A stretch of DNA of 39,090 bases from Polyangiales bacterium (GTDB taxonomy: Bacteria; Myxococcota_A; Polyangia; Polyangiales; Polyangiaceae): NCBI GenBank assembly GCA_038230375.1, contig JBBRNJ010000081.1, forward strand, positions 1-39,090, given 5' to 3'. The notes under the pieces are model-generated. The model made no database searches. It was given only the letters and a program-made list of their open reading frames with translations, and was not told the origin of the DNA. Of this stretch, positions 1-8,665 are shown piece by piece. Within the stretch, counting starts at the first letter, position 1. Each line of letters begins with the position of its first letter. The translations under genes and the position numbers were made by a program.

Positions 1-287
1 CCAACGTGGGCTCCTTCAGCGAGTCGTCTCCCGTCAGCCGCGATGATCTCACGCTCTACGTGAACGGAGGCTCGCGTGCGTCCGCCCATGCCGGCGCCAA
101 CATCTGGACGTTCACACGCGCGACAACAGGGAGTCCCTATCTGAACCCCACGGAGCTCACCAGCGTCAATACGGACGGCGATGAGAGCCCGTCGTGGCTC
201 TCGCCGGACGGCTGCCATCTCTACATCGAGTACATCCCCAAGCTCGGCAGCACCACCGACATCTACGTGTCTACGCGCCCGCTCTGA
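1..287 (+). CDS. 3' end of a WD40-like/PD40 (TolB-like) beta-propeller repeat protein, truncated by the window edge
   Basis: Repeated ESSPVSRDDLTLY / DESPSWLSPDGCHLY...DIYVSTR motifs typical of PD40 repeats; stop TGA at 285-287; GC3-rich codons. Confidence 0.65.
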   Translation, partial: NVGSFSESSPVSRDDLTLYVNGGSRASAHAGANIWTFTRATTGSPYLNPTELTSVNTDGDESPSWLSPDGCHLYIEYIPKLGSTTDIYVSTRPL

Positions 288-319
288 CGCGAGCCTGCGC
301 GTTCGTGACGCGATCTCGC

Positions 320-670
320 TCACTTCCCCGATGGTGTGAGCCCGAGGTGCTCCTCGACACGCTGGATGCGCGACTCGTGCTCCCTGACCGTCTGGCCCAC
401 ACCACCGACAAGGACGTTGTCGATTCGTCGTTTGAGGCTCTCGACGGCGTGTGTGACGCCGTTGATGGTCTGGGTGAGATGTTCTTCCATGTGGCGCTGA
501 CCGGCTTCTACGGCGACGACTACAGTAGCGTGCCGGATCTGCTCCGCAACGACGCGATCGAGTCTGTCGTTCGTGCGATCGAGTCGCGCGTTCGTCCCGT
601 CGAGTCGCTCGTTCGTGCCGCGAATCTCGTCACGGATCTCGATCAGGATCTCAGTCGTCAGCTCTGTCAT
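320..670 (-). CDS. small coiled-coil hypothetical protein (116 aa)
   Basis: ATG at 670 preceded by GGAGGAG; heptad repeats TNERLDG/TNARLDR/TNDRLDR; C-terminal HESRIQRVEEHLG. Confidence 0.7.
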   Translation of the reverse strand: MTELTTEILIEIRDEIRGTNERLDGTNARLDRTNDRLDRVVAEQIRHATVVVAVEAGQRHMEEHLTQTINGVTHAVESLKRRIDNVLVGGVGQTVREHESRIQRVEEHLGLTPSGK

Positions 671-823
671 GCATCTCCTCCAAAGAATAGCACCGAGCAA
701 CGAGCGTGCCTCACGCACCCCACCTGAGAGCCGCGCCCATTTCAACCGCGAGCCTGTCCACCGTCAGTTCCAGGTGTCCATGGTCAGCCCAGCCGCGCTG
801 CCTGAAGGCGCGAGCAAGCGGAG

Positions 824-966
824 AAATAGCGTCGGATTGGGCGCGAGACGCCCGGCAGGCGGAGCTTCGGGCGAGCACGGAGCGGAACGGACTTCTGTCC
901 GTGAGCATCGCGCGCAGACCGAAGGTTCGTCTGGCGGGATGTCCCGCGTCCAAGCCGGCGCTATTT
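824..966. repeat. 143-bp palindromic dispersed repeat (MITE/RPE-like structured element), copy 1
   Basis: Terminal inverted repeats AAATAGCGTCGG...CCGGCGCTATTT with nested stems; collinear with 29802-29944 (22 mismatches over 143 nt by hand alignment). Confidence 0.85.
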
Positions 967-1137
967 CAGTTTGACGCCTTCGTAGAGGAACATCAGGCCC
1001 AGGAGGTAGAGCACGCACACCGCGGAGCTCGCGATGATCGCGTTGCGCACGGCGACCTTCGTGGTGCTCGCGCGCGAGGCCACGAGCGGGATCACGAACG
1101 ACGCTAGCAAGATGCTGAAGACGAGGAGCTTCTGCAC
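961..1137 (-). CDS. small two-TM membrane protein (58 aa), missing from the ORF track
   Basis: GTG at 1137 with GAGAGG RBS, 15 nt after the GH5 stop; MQKLLVFSILLASFVIPLVASRASTTKVAVRNAIIASSAVCVLYLLGLMFLYEGVKLK*; GC3-biased codons. Confidence 0.75.
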   Translation of the reverse strand: MQKLLVFSILLASFVIPLVASRASTTKVAVRNAIIASSAVCVLYLLGLMFLYEGVKLK

Positions 1138-1152
1138 GGTACGCCTCTCACG

Positions 1153-2274
1153 CTACCAGGGCTTCGCGAGCCTGTCCTTCAGTGCCTGACCCCAATCCGT
1201 GGGCTCGAGGGTCATGCCGATGCCGCAACCCTGCTTCGACAGGTCCTTCAGCAGGTTCGGCGGGCAGCGGAAATGGAACGTGTAGGCCATGTACGGCACC
1301 TCGTTCGCCTCCGCGGCCTCCATCATCTTCTTGCAGTCCTCCAGGCTCATCTGGGCGACGTCCGTGACGGGCCCGAACTCACCGATGATGACCGGGATCT
1401 TCTTCTTCGGATCGATGAAGCGCGCCTGGAAGGCAGCGGCAGGATCGTACACGTGCGTCTCGTAGACCACGTTCACGCCGCCGCCTGCGGTGATGGGATG
1501 CGTCGTGTAGTAGTCGAGCACGCGCGCGTACTGACGCGTGCCTTGCACGGCGATCAGGTGATGCGGGCCCTGCCCTTCCACCTTGCGGATCGCCTCCACG
1601 GTGTCGTTCATGGCCTTCCAGACCTTGTCATCCAGGAGGCCGGCTTCGTTGCGCTCCGGCTCGTTGATGATGCCGAAGAGCACGTGCGGCGAGTCCTTGA
1701 AGACGGCCGCGAGCTTCTCCCACTCGCGGATGGTGTCCTTCGTGGGCCAGCCCATGGGCGAGTGAAACGGGTCGTGCCAGAGCGAGAGCATCATGTAGAC
1801 GCCCTTCTTCGAGCCCACGTGCGCGACGATCTTTTGAAGGTCCTTGAGGTAGTTCTCGTCGTCCAGGATGTTCTTGTAGTGCTGGCGCGCCTCGGACTTC
1901 TCGTAGCTCTCCATGTCGAGCCGGAGGAAGTTCGCATGCCAGTCATTCACCAGCACGTCGATGCGACGGATGACCTCGCCGGGGTCCGGGTCCTCCCACG
2001 TGCACGCGTTGCAGCCGCGCGTGTCCTGGATGTTCGCGCCGCGGCCGTGGAACGGAGTGCCCTCCGCGGTGAGGATCTTGTTGCCGTCCGTCTTCAGCCA
2101 GCCCACGGGTGACGTCGTTGGCGGTGGCGGCGGAGTGCCCAGCGGCGCCACACCGGTGGGAGGCGGCGGCTCTTCCACAAGCGTCTGCTTGGCGCGACTG
2201 CACGTGCCCCCACATGCGCCGAGCGCGAGCAGGAGCGGAAAGAGCGAGGCCAGGAACCGCTTCGGGGTCTTCAT
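1153..2274 (-). CDS. glycoside hydrolase family 5 (cellulase-like) lipoprotein
   Basis: True start MKTPKRF overlaps the upstream stop (ATGA at 2271-2274); lipobox LALGAC; GH5 motifs INEP (acid/base), ETHVY, IIGEFG (nucleophile). Confidence 0.88.
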   Translation of the reverse strand: MKTPKRFLASLFPLLLALGACGGTCSRAKQTLVEEPPPPTGVAPLGTPPPPPTTSPVGWLKTDGNKILTAEGTPFHGRGANIQDTRGCNACTWEDPDPGEVIRRIDVLVNDWHANFLRLDMESYEKSEARQHYKNILDDENYLKDLQKIVAHVGSKKGVYMMLSLWHDPFHSPMGWPTKDTIREWEKLAAVFKDSPHVLFGIINEPERNEAGLLDDKVWKAMNDTVEAIRKVEGQGPHHLIAVQGTRQYARVLDYYTTHPITAGGGVNVVYETHVYDPAAAFQARFIDPKKKIPVIIGEFGPVTDVAQMSLEDCKKMMEAAEANEVPYMAYTFHFRCPPNLLKDLSKQGCGIGMTLEPTDWGQALKDRLAKPW

Positions 2275-3044
2275 GAGGTACGGCGACTTCTGTGGTGACG
2301 AATGACGATGCCCGGGTATTTCGAGTCGCGAATGACATAGCGCTCGAACATTCGCTTTGGCTCCTGCGTGAGGCGGAACGCCCACTCCAGGCCGACCTTG
2401 CTCATCCACGACGGTGCGCGCTTCATGGTGCCCGCGATGAAGTCGAGCGTGGCGCCGATGCCAAGCATCACGCTCGGACGGACCTCGTCGCGAATGAGGT
2501 TCATCAGGATCTCTTGCTTCGGCGCGCCCAGCGCCATGAGCACCAGGTCCGGCTTCTTCGACTTGAGGCGATCGATCGCTTCCTTGCGCGCCTCCGCCGG
2601 AGCGTTGATGTCGATCATGGGCGAATCGGTCCCCACTATCTGGAGCTTCGGGATGCGCGCGCGCAGTTTGTCCGCGGCCTTCTCTGCGACCCCGGGGCCC
2701 GCGCCGAAGAGGTAGACGGTGCGACCGCGCTCCGCCGCGAGCTCCATGAGCGGCACGCTCAGGTCCGACCCGGAGATCTTCTCCGGCAACGGTGTCTTCA
2801 TCATCTTCGCGGTGACGAGCAACGGGAAGCCGTCCACCAGGCTGAGGCTCGCCTCCTGGTAGGCCTTGAGGAAGCGCGGGTTCTCCTCCGCGAGGACGAC
2901 GTGATCGACGTTGGGGGTGACGACATAGCCACCTTCCCCCTTGGCCACGAGCGCATCGATGCGCTCCAGCGCCCCCTGGAATGTGAGCACGTCCACGGGC
3001 ACGCGGCCGATGAAGATGCGACGCTGGTCCTCCATGTGCGTCAC
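2271..3044 (-). CDS. WecB/TagA/CpsF family glycosyltransferase (GT26)
   Basis: VTPNVDH, DGFPL, KISGSDL, ALGAPKQE, GIGATLDF, RAPSWM..GLEWAFRL.QEPKR motifs. Confidence 0.93.
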   Translation of the reverse strand: MTHMEDQRRIFIGRVPVDVLTFQGALERIDALVAKGEGGYVVTPNVDHVVLAEENPRFLKAYQEASLSLVDGFPLLVTAKMMKTPLPEKISGSDLSVPLMELAAERGRTVYLFGAGPGVAEKAADKLRARIPKLQIVGTDSPMIDINAPAEARKEAIDRLKSKKPDLVLMALGAPKQEILMNLIRDEVRPSVMLGIGATLDFIAGTMKRAPSWMSKVGLEWAFRLTQEPKRMFERYVIRDSKYPGIVIRHHRSRRTS

Positions 3045-3520
3045 CTCTTGGCGGCGATGACGATGGAGCCAAGGAACTTCGCGCGGCCGACCTCTTCGAT
3101 CGAGCGCGTGGCGCCAACGCTGGTCGTCTCGCCGATGAAGACACCGAGCAGCGCGGCGTCAAGGCCTTGCGCGAGCGGCACGGTGGTCGCGTTCTCGCTC
3201 ACGAGCCGGAGGACCACGACGCAGCGCTTGCTGCGGTTCGTGAGGTTGCGGACCTGCTCCTGCACGCGCGGGAGATCCTTGAGGCCCATGTCGCGTGCGT
3301 CGATCACGATGAGCTCTTGTCCGAGCTCGGCCGCAAGGCGCGCCATACCGTTCGCTATCTCGAGCATCCCGTCCGGATCGCGCTTGCTGGAGCCCACGAG
3401 CGCGAGCGAGTTCCAGTCGTGCTGCTGGCATCGCAGCCAGAGGCGCTGCCAGACGGGATCACCGGTGTTTGCCGCAGCAAACGCGCCAGCCGACACCTCG
3501 AGGGGACCGCGAACGTTCAC
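3041..3520 (-). CDS. stand-alone degenerate BY-kinase-like protein (EcpK/WzeX-like pseudokinase)
   Basis: CapB/CpsD-like layout (SLALV...LARLA...IVIDAR...LAQGLDAALLGV..GET...FLGSIV) but no GKS/T, no Walker B Asp and no Tyr residue; translationally coupled to the GT26 gene. Confidence 0.6.
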   Translation of the reverse strand: MNVRGPLEVSAGAFAAANTGDPVWQRLWLRCQQHDWNSLALVGSSKRDPDGMLEIANGMARLAAELGQELIVIDARDMGLKDLPRVQEQVRNLTNRSKRCVVVLRLVSENATTVPLAQGLDAALLGVFIGETTSVGATRSIEEVGRAKFLGSIVIAAKR

Positions 3521-3677
3521 GCCTGCCCTCCCTGCGGTCGGTGGGCGTGCACAAGAGCCTCACCCGGGGGGTTCGCCTGCGTGTTCATAACCGGCTGGCA
3601 GTATAGTCAGGGTTTTGATGGGGAGGGAAGTTTCGCCGCGCCCCCGCTGGAAAATCCCTGGTAGCATCGTGGCTTCG

Positions 3678-4925
3678 ATGCGTGCGACTGCCATGCTGCT
3701 CCTCCTCGGCCTGGGCCTCGCGACGTCGGCGTGCATGGTCCGGATCAGCGATCCCTACAAGGACTACTCCGCGGACGGCGACGTCACGGGCGCCCCCGCG
3801 ACCTGCTCCGGCGCCCCCGCAGAAGGCACGGCCACACCGACGGGCCCCAAGGCGCCTCATGTCATCGGTCGAGTCTCGACCATCAAGGACGATCCCGCCG
3901 GGACCACGCGGCTGGTCTGGTCGGGGACCACGATCTCCGCGCGCTGGAACGGCGCGGGCCCGATATTTGCGAAGCTCGCGGTCACGGGCGAGCACGTACG
4001 CAGCGACACCCAGAACGACCCCATCAGCGCCCCGGCATCCGCGTTCTACTCCGCCTCCATCGACGGCCAGCCCGCGACGGTGGTCACCGTCGACGCGACC
4101 CGGAGCGGCGAGCAGCTGATCCCGCTCGGCACGCCCGCGGCGTCTGGCGATCACGAGGTGACGCTGGTGCGCGAGTCCGACGCACGCGCAGGAGCGCACC
4201 TGTTCTACGGCCTCTTCACGGACGAGGCTGGGAAGGCGCCGCCCGCGTACATCTCCTCCACCGCACGGCCGCGACGCATCCAGCTCATCGGCGACTCGCC
4301 GGCCTGTGGCGCGGGCGTGCTGGGACCGGAGGCGGCGTGCGCGTTCAGCTACGACACCGAGCGCGCGAGCGACACGTTCGGCGCGCTCGCCGCAAGAACC
4401 CTGGACGCAGAGCTCACGACGATCGCAACGCCCACCGTCGGCGTCTTCGTGAACGCTGATGGCACCGACACCAACACCATCTCCGCCATCTATGCCTGCG
4501 CCGACCCCAGCGTCGCGCCGTGCATCAGCGCAGGCGACCTCACGAAGGACCCGGCGCCGCCGCAGGTCATCGTGCTCATGCTGGGCACCAGCGACATCGT
4601 GCGCGCCAACGCCAGCGCCTCGGACTTCCAGGCCGCATATGACGCCTTCGTGAAGAGCGTGCGCGCGACCTATCCGAAGGCGCATGTATTCTGCACGCTT
4701 TCGCCGTTGCTCACGGACGTCAACACCAAGAGCCTGCGCACGAGCGTGAAGGACGCCATCCACGCGGTCGTCCTTGGCCTTGGCGACCCGAAGATCTACG
4801 CGCTGGACTTCCCGGACCAGGGCACGGAGAACGGCCTCGCCTGCGAGGAGAACCCCAGCACGAAGACCCACCAGATCATGGCTGGCATCCTCACCAACGC
4901 CATCCGCGAAAAGACCTGCTGGTAG
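3678..4925 (+). CDS. SGNH/GDSL (CE2-like) lipoprotein, probably catalytically degenerate
   Basis: Lipobox ATSAC; CE2-like N-domain (WSGTTI); IGDS block I; block III LGTSD; C-terminal GLACEENPSTKTHQIMA. Confidence 0.75.
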   Translation: MRATAMLLLLGLGLATSACMVRISDPYKDYSADGDVTGAPATCSGAPAEGTATPTGPKAPHVIGRVSTIKDDPAGTTRLVWSGTTISARWNGAGPIFAKLAVTGEHVRSDTQNDPISAPASAFYSASIDGQPATVVTVDATRSGEQLIPLGTPAASGDHEVTLVRESDARAGAHLFYGLFTDEAGKAPPAYISSTARPRRIQLIGDSPACGAGVLGPEAACAFSYDTERASDTFGALAARTLDAELTTIATPTVGVFVNADGTDTNTISAIYACADPSVAPCISAGDLTKDPAPPQVIVLMLGTSDIVRANASASDFQAAYDAFVKSVRATYPKAHVFCTLSPLLTDVNTKSLRTSVKDAIHAVVLGLGDPKIYALDFPDQGTENGLACEENPSTKTHQIMAGILTNAIREKTCW

Positions 4926-4937
4926 CGCCTGACGAAC

Positions 4938-6590
4938 ATGGCACCGCCGCCCAACCAGCCACCGAAGCCGCCGTTCCGCCCACCCATGCGGTCCATGCCC
5001 ATGCGGCCGCAGATGACGTCGCAGAGCGAGTTCGAGTCCATGCAGGCGCGCGTGGGCGCGATGTATGGCGCGTTCGGCGGCAAGCAGGTCGGTCCCGCCG
5101 TCGCGGACCAGAACCCGCTGCTCGACAACCATCTGAAGCCCACGCTGAAGCTGTTCGGGATCATCGCGGCGATCTCCGCGCCCGTCACGCTGGTGCTCGG
5201 CGCGCAGAACATCCTCGTCAACATCGTCGCGGGGCTCGCGTTCGCGGTCTTCCTCTACAACACCATCGGTCGCAAGCCGGCGTGGCAGTCCGCGCGCATC
5301 ATGCTCGCCCTGTGCCTCTTCATCGAGGCGCCGCAGGAGACAGCCACGCTCTGGCAGAGCCCGCTGCGCCTGGCTGACGTGGCGCTCTACGCGAGCTTGA
5401 AGGAGTTCATGGGCGTGCCGGGAATGTCCCTGCCCTTCTTCTTCTTCGCGATGCTCGGTCTGTTCTGGCGCGGCCGCAAGGCGGTGAAGAAGGACATCGC
5501 GCTGAAGCCTCCGCGCATCGCGGTACAGCTCTTCACGGGCTTCCTGATCTCGCTCGCGCTGCTCGAGGTATGGGGCATCGCACGCGGCGGCGCCGTCCAG
5601 CCCAGCTTCTTCCAGATCCTGCAGCTGCTCACCATGCCCATCTGCGGCCTGGCGTTCCTCTACTCGTTCCGCGGCACCGAGGATCTCGCCGCCATCGGCT
5701 GCATCGTCGTCGCGGCGGCGGTCGTGCGCAGCGCATACGTGCTGGTCGTCTACGTGTTCTGGGCGGCGGCCTTCCGCAACGAGGAGGGCTTCTTCGTCAC
5801 AACCCACTCCGACTCCATGCTCTTCGTCGCCGGGATCACCTTCATCCTGGCGTTCCTGCTGGAGCACCGGAACAAGAAGACGCTGCTCAAGGGCATTGGC
5901 CTCATCCTGGCGATCCTGGTGGGCGTCGCGCTCAACAACCGCCGCCTCGCGTTCGTCAGCCTGGGCTTCCTGCCGGTGATGGTGTTCCTCTCGCTCAAGC
6001 CAAGCTCCATCAAGCGCCGCCTCACGCGCGCGCTCGTGATCGTCGGCATCCTGGGCACCGCGTATTTCATGGTGGGAAGCCAGATCAAGGAGGGCGCCAT
6101 CTTCGCCCCCGCGCGGCAGGCGATGAGCGTCCTCAACCAGAACGACACGTCCAGCGAGTCGCGCGACGTCGAGAACTTCAACCTCATCCTCACCTTGAAG
6201 GACGCGCCCATCCTGGGTCACGGGTTCGGCCACGAGTACATCGAGAAGCTGAAGGTCACGGACATCTCGGACCTCTTCGCGCTTTACTTGTATATTCCAC
6301 ACAACGGCGTGCTCTGGCTGTGGAGCGTGGGCGGCGTCGTGGGCTTCGCGGCGATCTGGTTCATCTACCCCGTAGCAGCGACGCTCGCGGTGCGCGTGAT
6401 GCGCAGAGGAAGAACGCCCATGGAGCGCGCGGCAGGCCTGGGATGCCTGGGCGTGTCGATCGCCACCGTCACCCAGTGCTGGGGCGACCAGGGTTTCCAC
6501 TCCTACATGACGCTCGTGATCTTCTCGCTGACGCTGGGCGTCTCCGCCCGCCTGAACGCCCTTGCAGATGGGGACGGAAGCGGGCCCTGA
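4938..6590 (+). CDS. wzy: Wzy-like polysaccharide polymerase / O-antigen ligase family
   Basis: About 11-12 hydrophobic segments; NNRRLAF, SRDVENFN, PILGHGFG, PHNGVLWLW motifs; EPS context. Confidence 0.8.
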   Translation: MAPPPNQPPKPPFRPPMRSMPMRPQMTSQSEFESMQARVGAMYGAFGGKQVGPAVADQNPLLDNHLKPTLKLFGIIAAISAPVTLVLGAQNILVNIVAGLAFAVFLYNTIGRKPAWQSARIMLALCLFIEAPQETATLWQSPLRLADVALYASLKEFMGVPGMSLPFFFFAMLGLFWRGRKAVKKDIALKPPRIAVQLFTGFLISLALLEVWGIARGGAVQPSFFQILQLLTMPICGLAFLYSFRGTEDLAAIGCIVVAAAVVRSAYVLVVYVFWAAAFRNEEGFFVTTHSDSMLFVAGITFILAFLLEHRNKKTLLKGIGLILAILVGVALNNRRLAFVSLGFLPVMVFLSLKPSSIKRRLTRALVIVGILGTAYFMVGSQIKEGAIFAPARQAMSVLNQNDTSSESRDVENFNLILTLKDAPILGHGFGHEYIEKLKVTDISDLFALYLYIPHNGVLWLWSVGGVVGFAAIWFIYPVAATLAVRVMRRGRTPMERAAGLGCLGVSIATVTQCWGDQGFHSYMTLVIFSLTLGVSARLNALADGDGSGP

Positions 6591-6663
6591 GGGCCTCAAA
6601 GGCCGCTGAAAGGCGAGTTTTTCGGTCCATTCCTGGGCGCCCTGCTACCATCGATCGGTCACT

Positions 6664-8613
6664 ATGGCGCCTCCGCAAGAGCAAGACGATCAGAGAAGCG
6701 GCTCCGTCATCGGGGCCAAGTGGCGCGTGGACTCGCTGCTCGGGTCGGGCTCCATGGCGTCCGTGTATGCGGTCACCCACCGCAACGGCTCGCGCGCCGC
6801 GCTGAAGATCCTCCACGAGTCCCTCGCGTCGGACGTGTCGGTCTGCGAGCGCTTCCTGGGCGAGGGCTACCTCACCAACTCCATCAAGCACGACGGCATC
6901 GTCCGTGTGTTCGACGACGGCATGACCGACGACGGCTGCCCGTTCCTTGCGATGGACCTGCTCGAGGGCGAGACCCTGGATGTCCACCGCACCAAGGCGG
7001 GCGGCAAGCTGCCCATGTTCGAGGTCATCGAGATCGCGGACAAGGTGATGGACACGCTGGCGGCCGTGCACCAGGCGGGCATCATCCATCGCGATCTCAA
7101 GCCCCAGAACGTGTTCTGCGAGAACGACGGCGGCGTGAAGGTGCTCGACTTCGGCGTTGCACGGCTCCAGGAACGGATGAACTCCCACAGCGTGGTGGGC
7201 ATGGTGCTCGGCACGCCATCGTTCATGTCGCCGGAGCAGGCGCTTGGCGGCAAGGACGTGGACGCGCGCTCCGACATCTGGGCGCTGGGCGCGATCATGT
7301 TCACGTTGCTCACGGGTGAGACCGTCCACATCGCGGCCCACATCCAGGCGCGCTTGCTCGCGGCGGCCAGCGTGCGCGCGCGCTCCGTGCTCACGGTAGC
7401 GCCGCAGCTGCCGCAGGACATCGCGCTGGTGATCGACACGGCGCTTCAGTTCAAGAAGGACGAGCGCTGGCAGACCGTGACGGCCATGCGCAGCGCGCTG
7501 CGCAACGTGAAGCAGTCGCTTCCGCCGCCGAACATGCTCGACGACGCGATGGACTCCATGCGCAAGGGTGGCCCCAGCTTGCGGCCTCCCACCGCAGGAC
7601 AGTTCGCGCTCCCGCAGCCGCACATGAGCACGCGCCCGCGGAGCGAAGGTCCGCCTCCGATGACGGACGCGAGCACCGTCATCGCCGCCAACAGAGGCAG
7701 CGAGACGGTCACGTCCGCTCCTCCCATCCACGCAGTCACGGCGCCGTCCACCGTGCCCGTGCACACACCCGACAAGCGCCTGCAGACAGTCATGGGCATG
7801 GGCCCCATGCCGCAGGGCATGCAGAACAAGCTGCCGCCCGGCGTCCCGATTCCCCCCGGCTTCGCGCAGCCCAGCCCGCAACCGGCGCAGCCGAGCCAGG
7901 TGGTGCCGCAACCGCAGAACGGCGTGCCGCAAGCGGTTCCTTCCGCGCCGAACGGCCCGACCACTGCGCGTGGGCTCGGCGACGCGTACGGCAGACCCGT
8001 GGCACCGCCGCAACGACCTCCCGTTGGCAGCGAGCCGGTGGATCCGCGGCGCGCTCCCTATGAGTCGCTCATCTCGGCGCAGGAGTCCGCGGGCGTGCCG
8101 GCGGCGTTCGGCAACACGAACGCCGTGTGGGCGCAGGTGCCACCGGACGAAGAAGCGGAGGCTGCGCGGAAGCGCGGTGTGAAGATCGCGATCTCGGTGG
8201 CTGCGATGATCGTGGCCGCGCTCATTGCGTTCGCCGCCGTCGCCGTCATCAAGCGCAGCTCCGACCAGAGGAATGTGCCTCCGAGCAACAGCGCAGCCGC
8301 GAGCGGCAGCTCGGGCATGCGCCTCGGGGGCACGGACGACCCGGGCTCACCCAACTACATCCCTACGTGGGCGGATGGCGGACGCATCTCCAGCTACAAG
8401 CCGCCGGGCCTCGTCGTCCAGCCAAGCAACACGAACGAGACACCGCAGATTGGCGTCACCAGCCCCAACCCCAATCCCAATGGGTGGGGCATGCCCCCGG
8501 CACGAAGCGACGCAAGCGCTCCTGGCTCCAGCGTGGACGCAGGAGCCCGCGACCCAGGTCGCGCGGGCGGCGGTAATGGCGGAGAAGACGCGGGCACGAT
8601 CGAGCTGTGGTAG
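6664..8613 (+). CDS. membrane-anchored Hanks-type Ser/Thr protein kinase
   Basis: LGSGSMA, ALKIL, HRDLKPQN, DFG, SPEQ, DIWALG; Pro-rich linker; single TM (IAISVAAMIVAALIAFAAVAVI). Confidence 0.92.
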   Translation: MAPPQEQDDQRSGSVIGAKWRVDSLLGSGSMASVYAVTHRNGSRAALKILHESLASDVSVCERFLGEGYLTNSIKHDGIVRVFDDGMTDDGCPFLAMDLLEGETLDVHRTKAGGKLPMFEVIEIADKVMDTLAAVHQAGIIHRDLKPQNVFCENDGGVKVLDFGVARLQERMNSHSVVGMVLGTPSFMSPEQALGGKDVDARSDIWALGAIMFTLLTGETVHIAAHIQARLLAAASVRARSVLTVAPQLPQDIALVIDTALQFKKDERWQTVTAMRSALRNVKQSLPPPNMLDDAMDSMRKGGPSLRPPTAGQFALPQPHMSTRPRSEGPPPMTDASTVIAANRGSETVTSAPPIHAVTAPSTVPVHTPDKRLQTVMGMGPMPQGMQNKLPPGVPIPPGFAQPSPQPAQPSQVVPQPQNGVPQAVPSAPNGPTTARGLGDAYGRPVAPPQRPPVGSEPVDPRRAPYESLISAQESAGVPAAFGNTNAVWAQVPPDEEAEAARKRGVKIAISVAAMIVAALIAFAAVAVIKRSSDQRNVPPSNSAAASGSSGMRLGGTDDPGSPNYIPTWADGGRISSYKPPGLVVQPSNTNETPQIGVTSPNPNPNGWGMPPARSDASAPGSSVDAGARDPGRAGGGNGGEDAGTIELW

Positions 8614-8665
8614 CGTAGAACGCTGAGGGTTCTTCCACGATGGTCGACTCCGTGAGAGGTGAGCG

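Noticed and set aside
573..974. ORFs 573-974 and 29581-30123 sharing the peptide NSVGLGARRP...EHGAER
   Set aside because: The similarity comes only from the 143-bp repeat; the rest is unrelated and overlaps real genes on the other strand
2275..3162. N-terminal 296 aa of the 669-aa ORF (apparent GH5 fusion)
   Set aside because: Out-of-frame overlap with the GT26 gene; the real start is the coupled ATG at 2274 followed by a lipoprotein signal
3585..6599. 1004-aa minus-strand ORF
   Set aside because: Antisense shadow of the SGNH and wzy genes; Arg/Ala/His-rich with no motifs, typical of high-GC DNA
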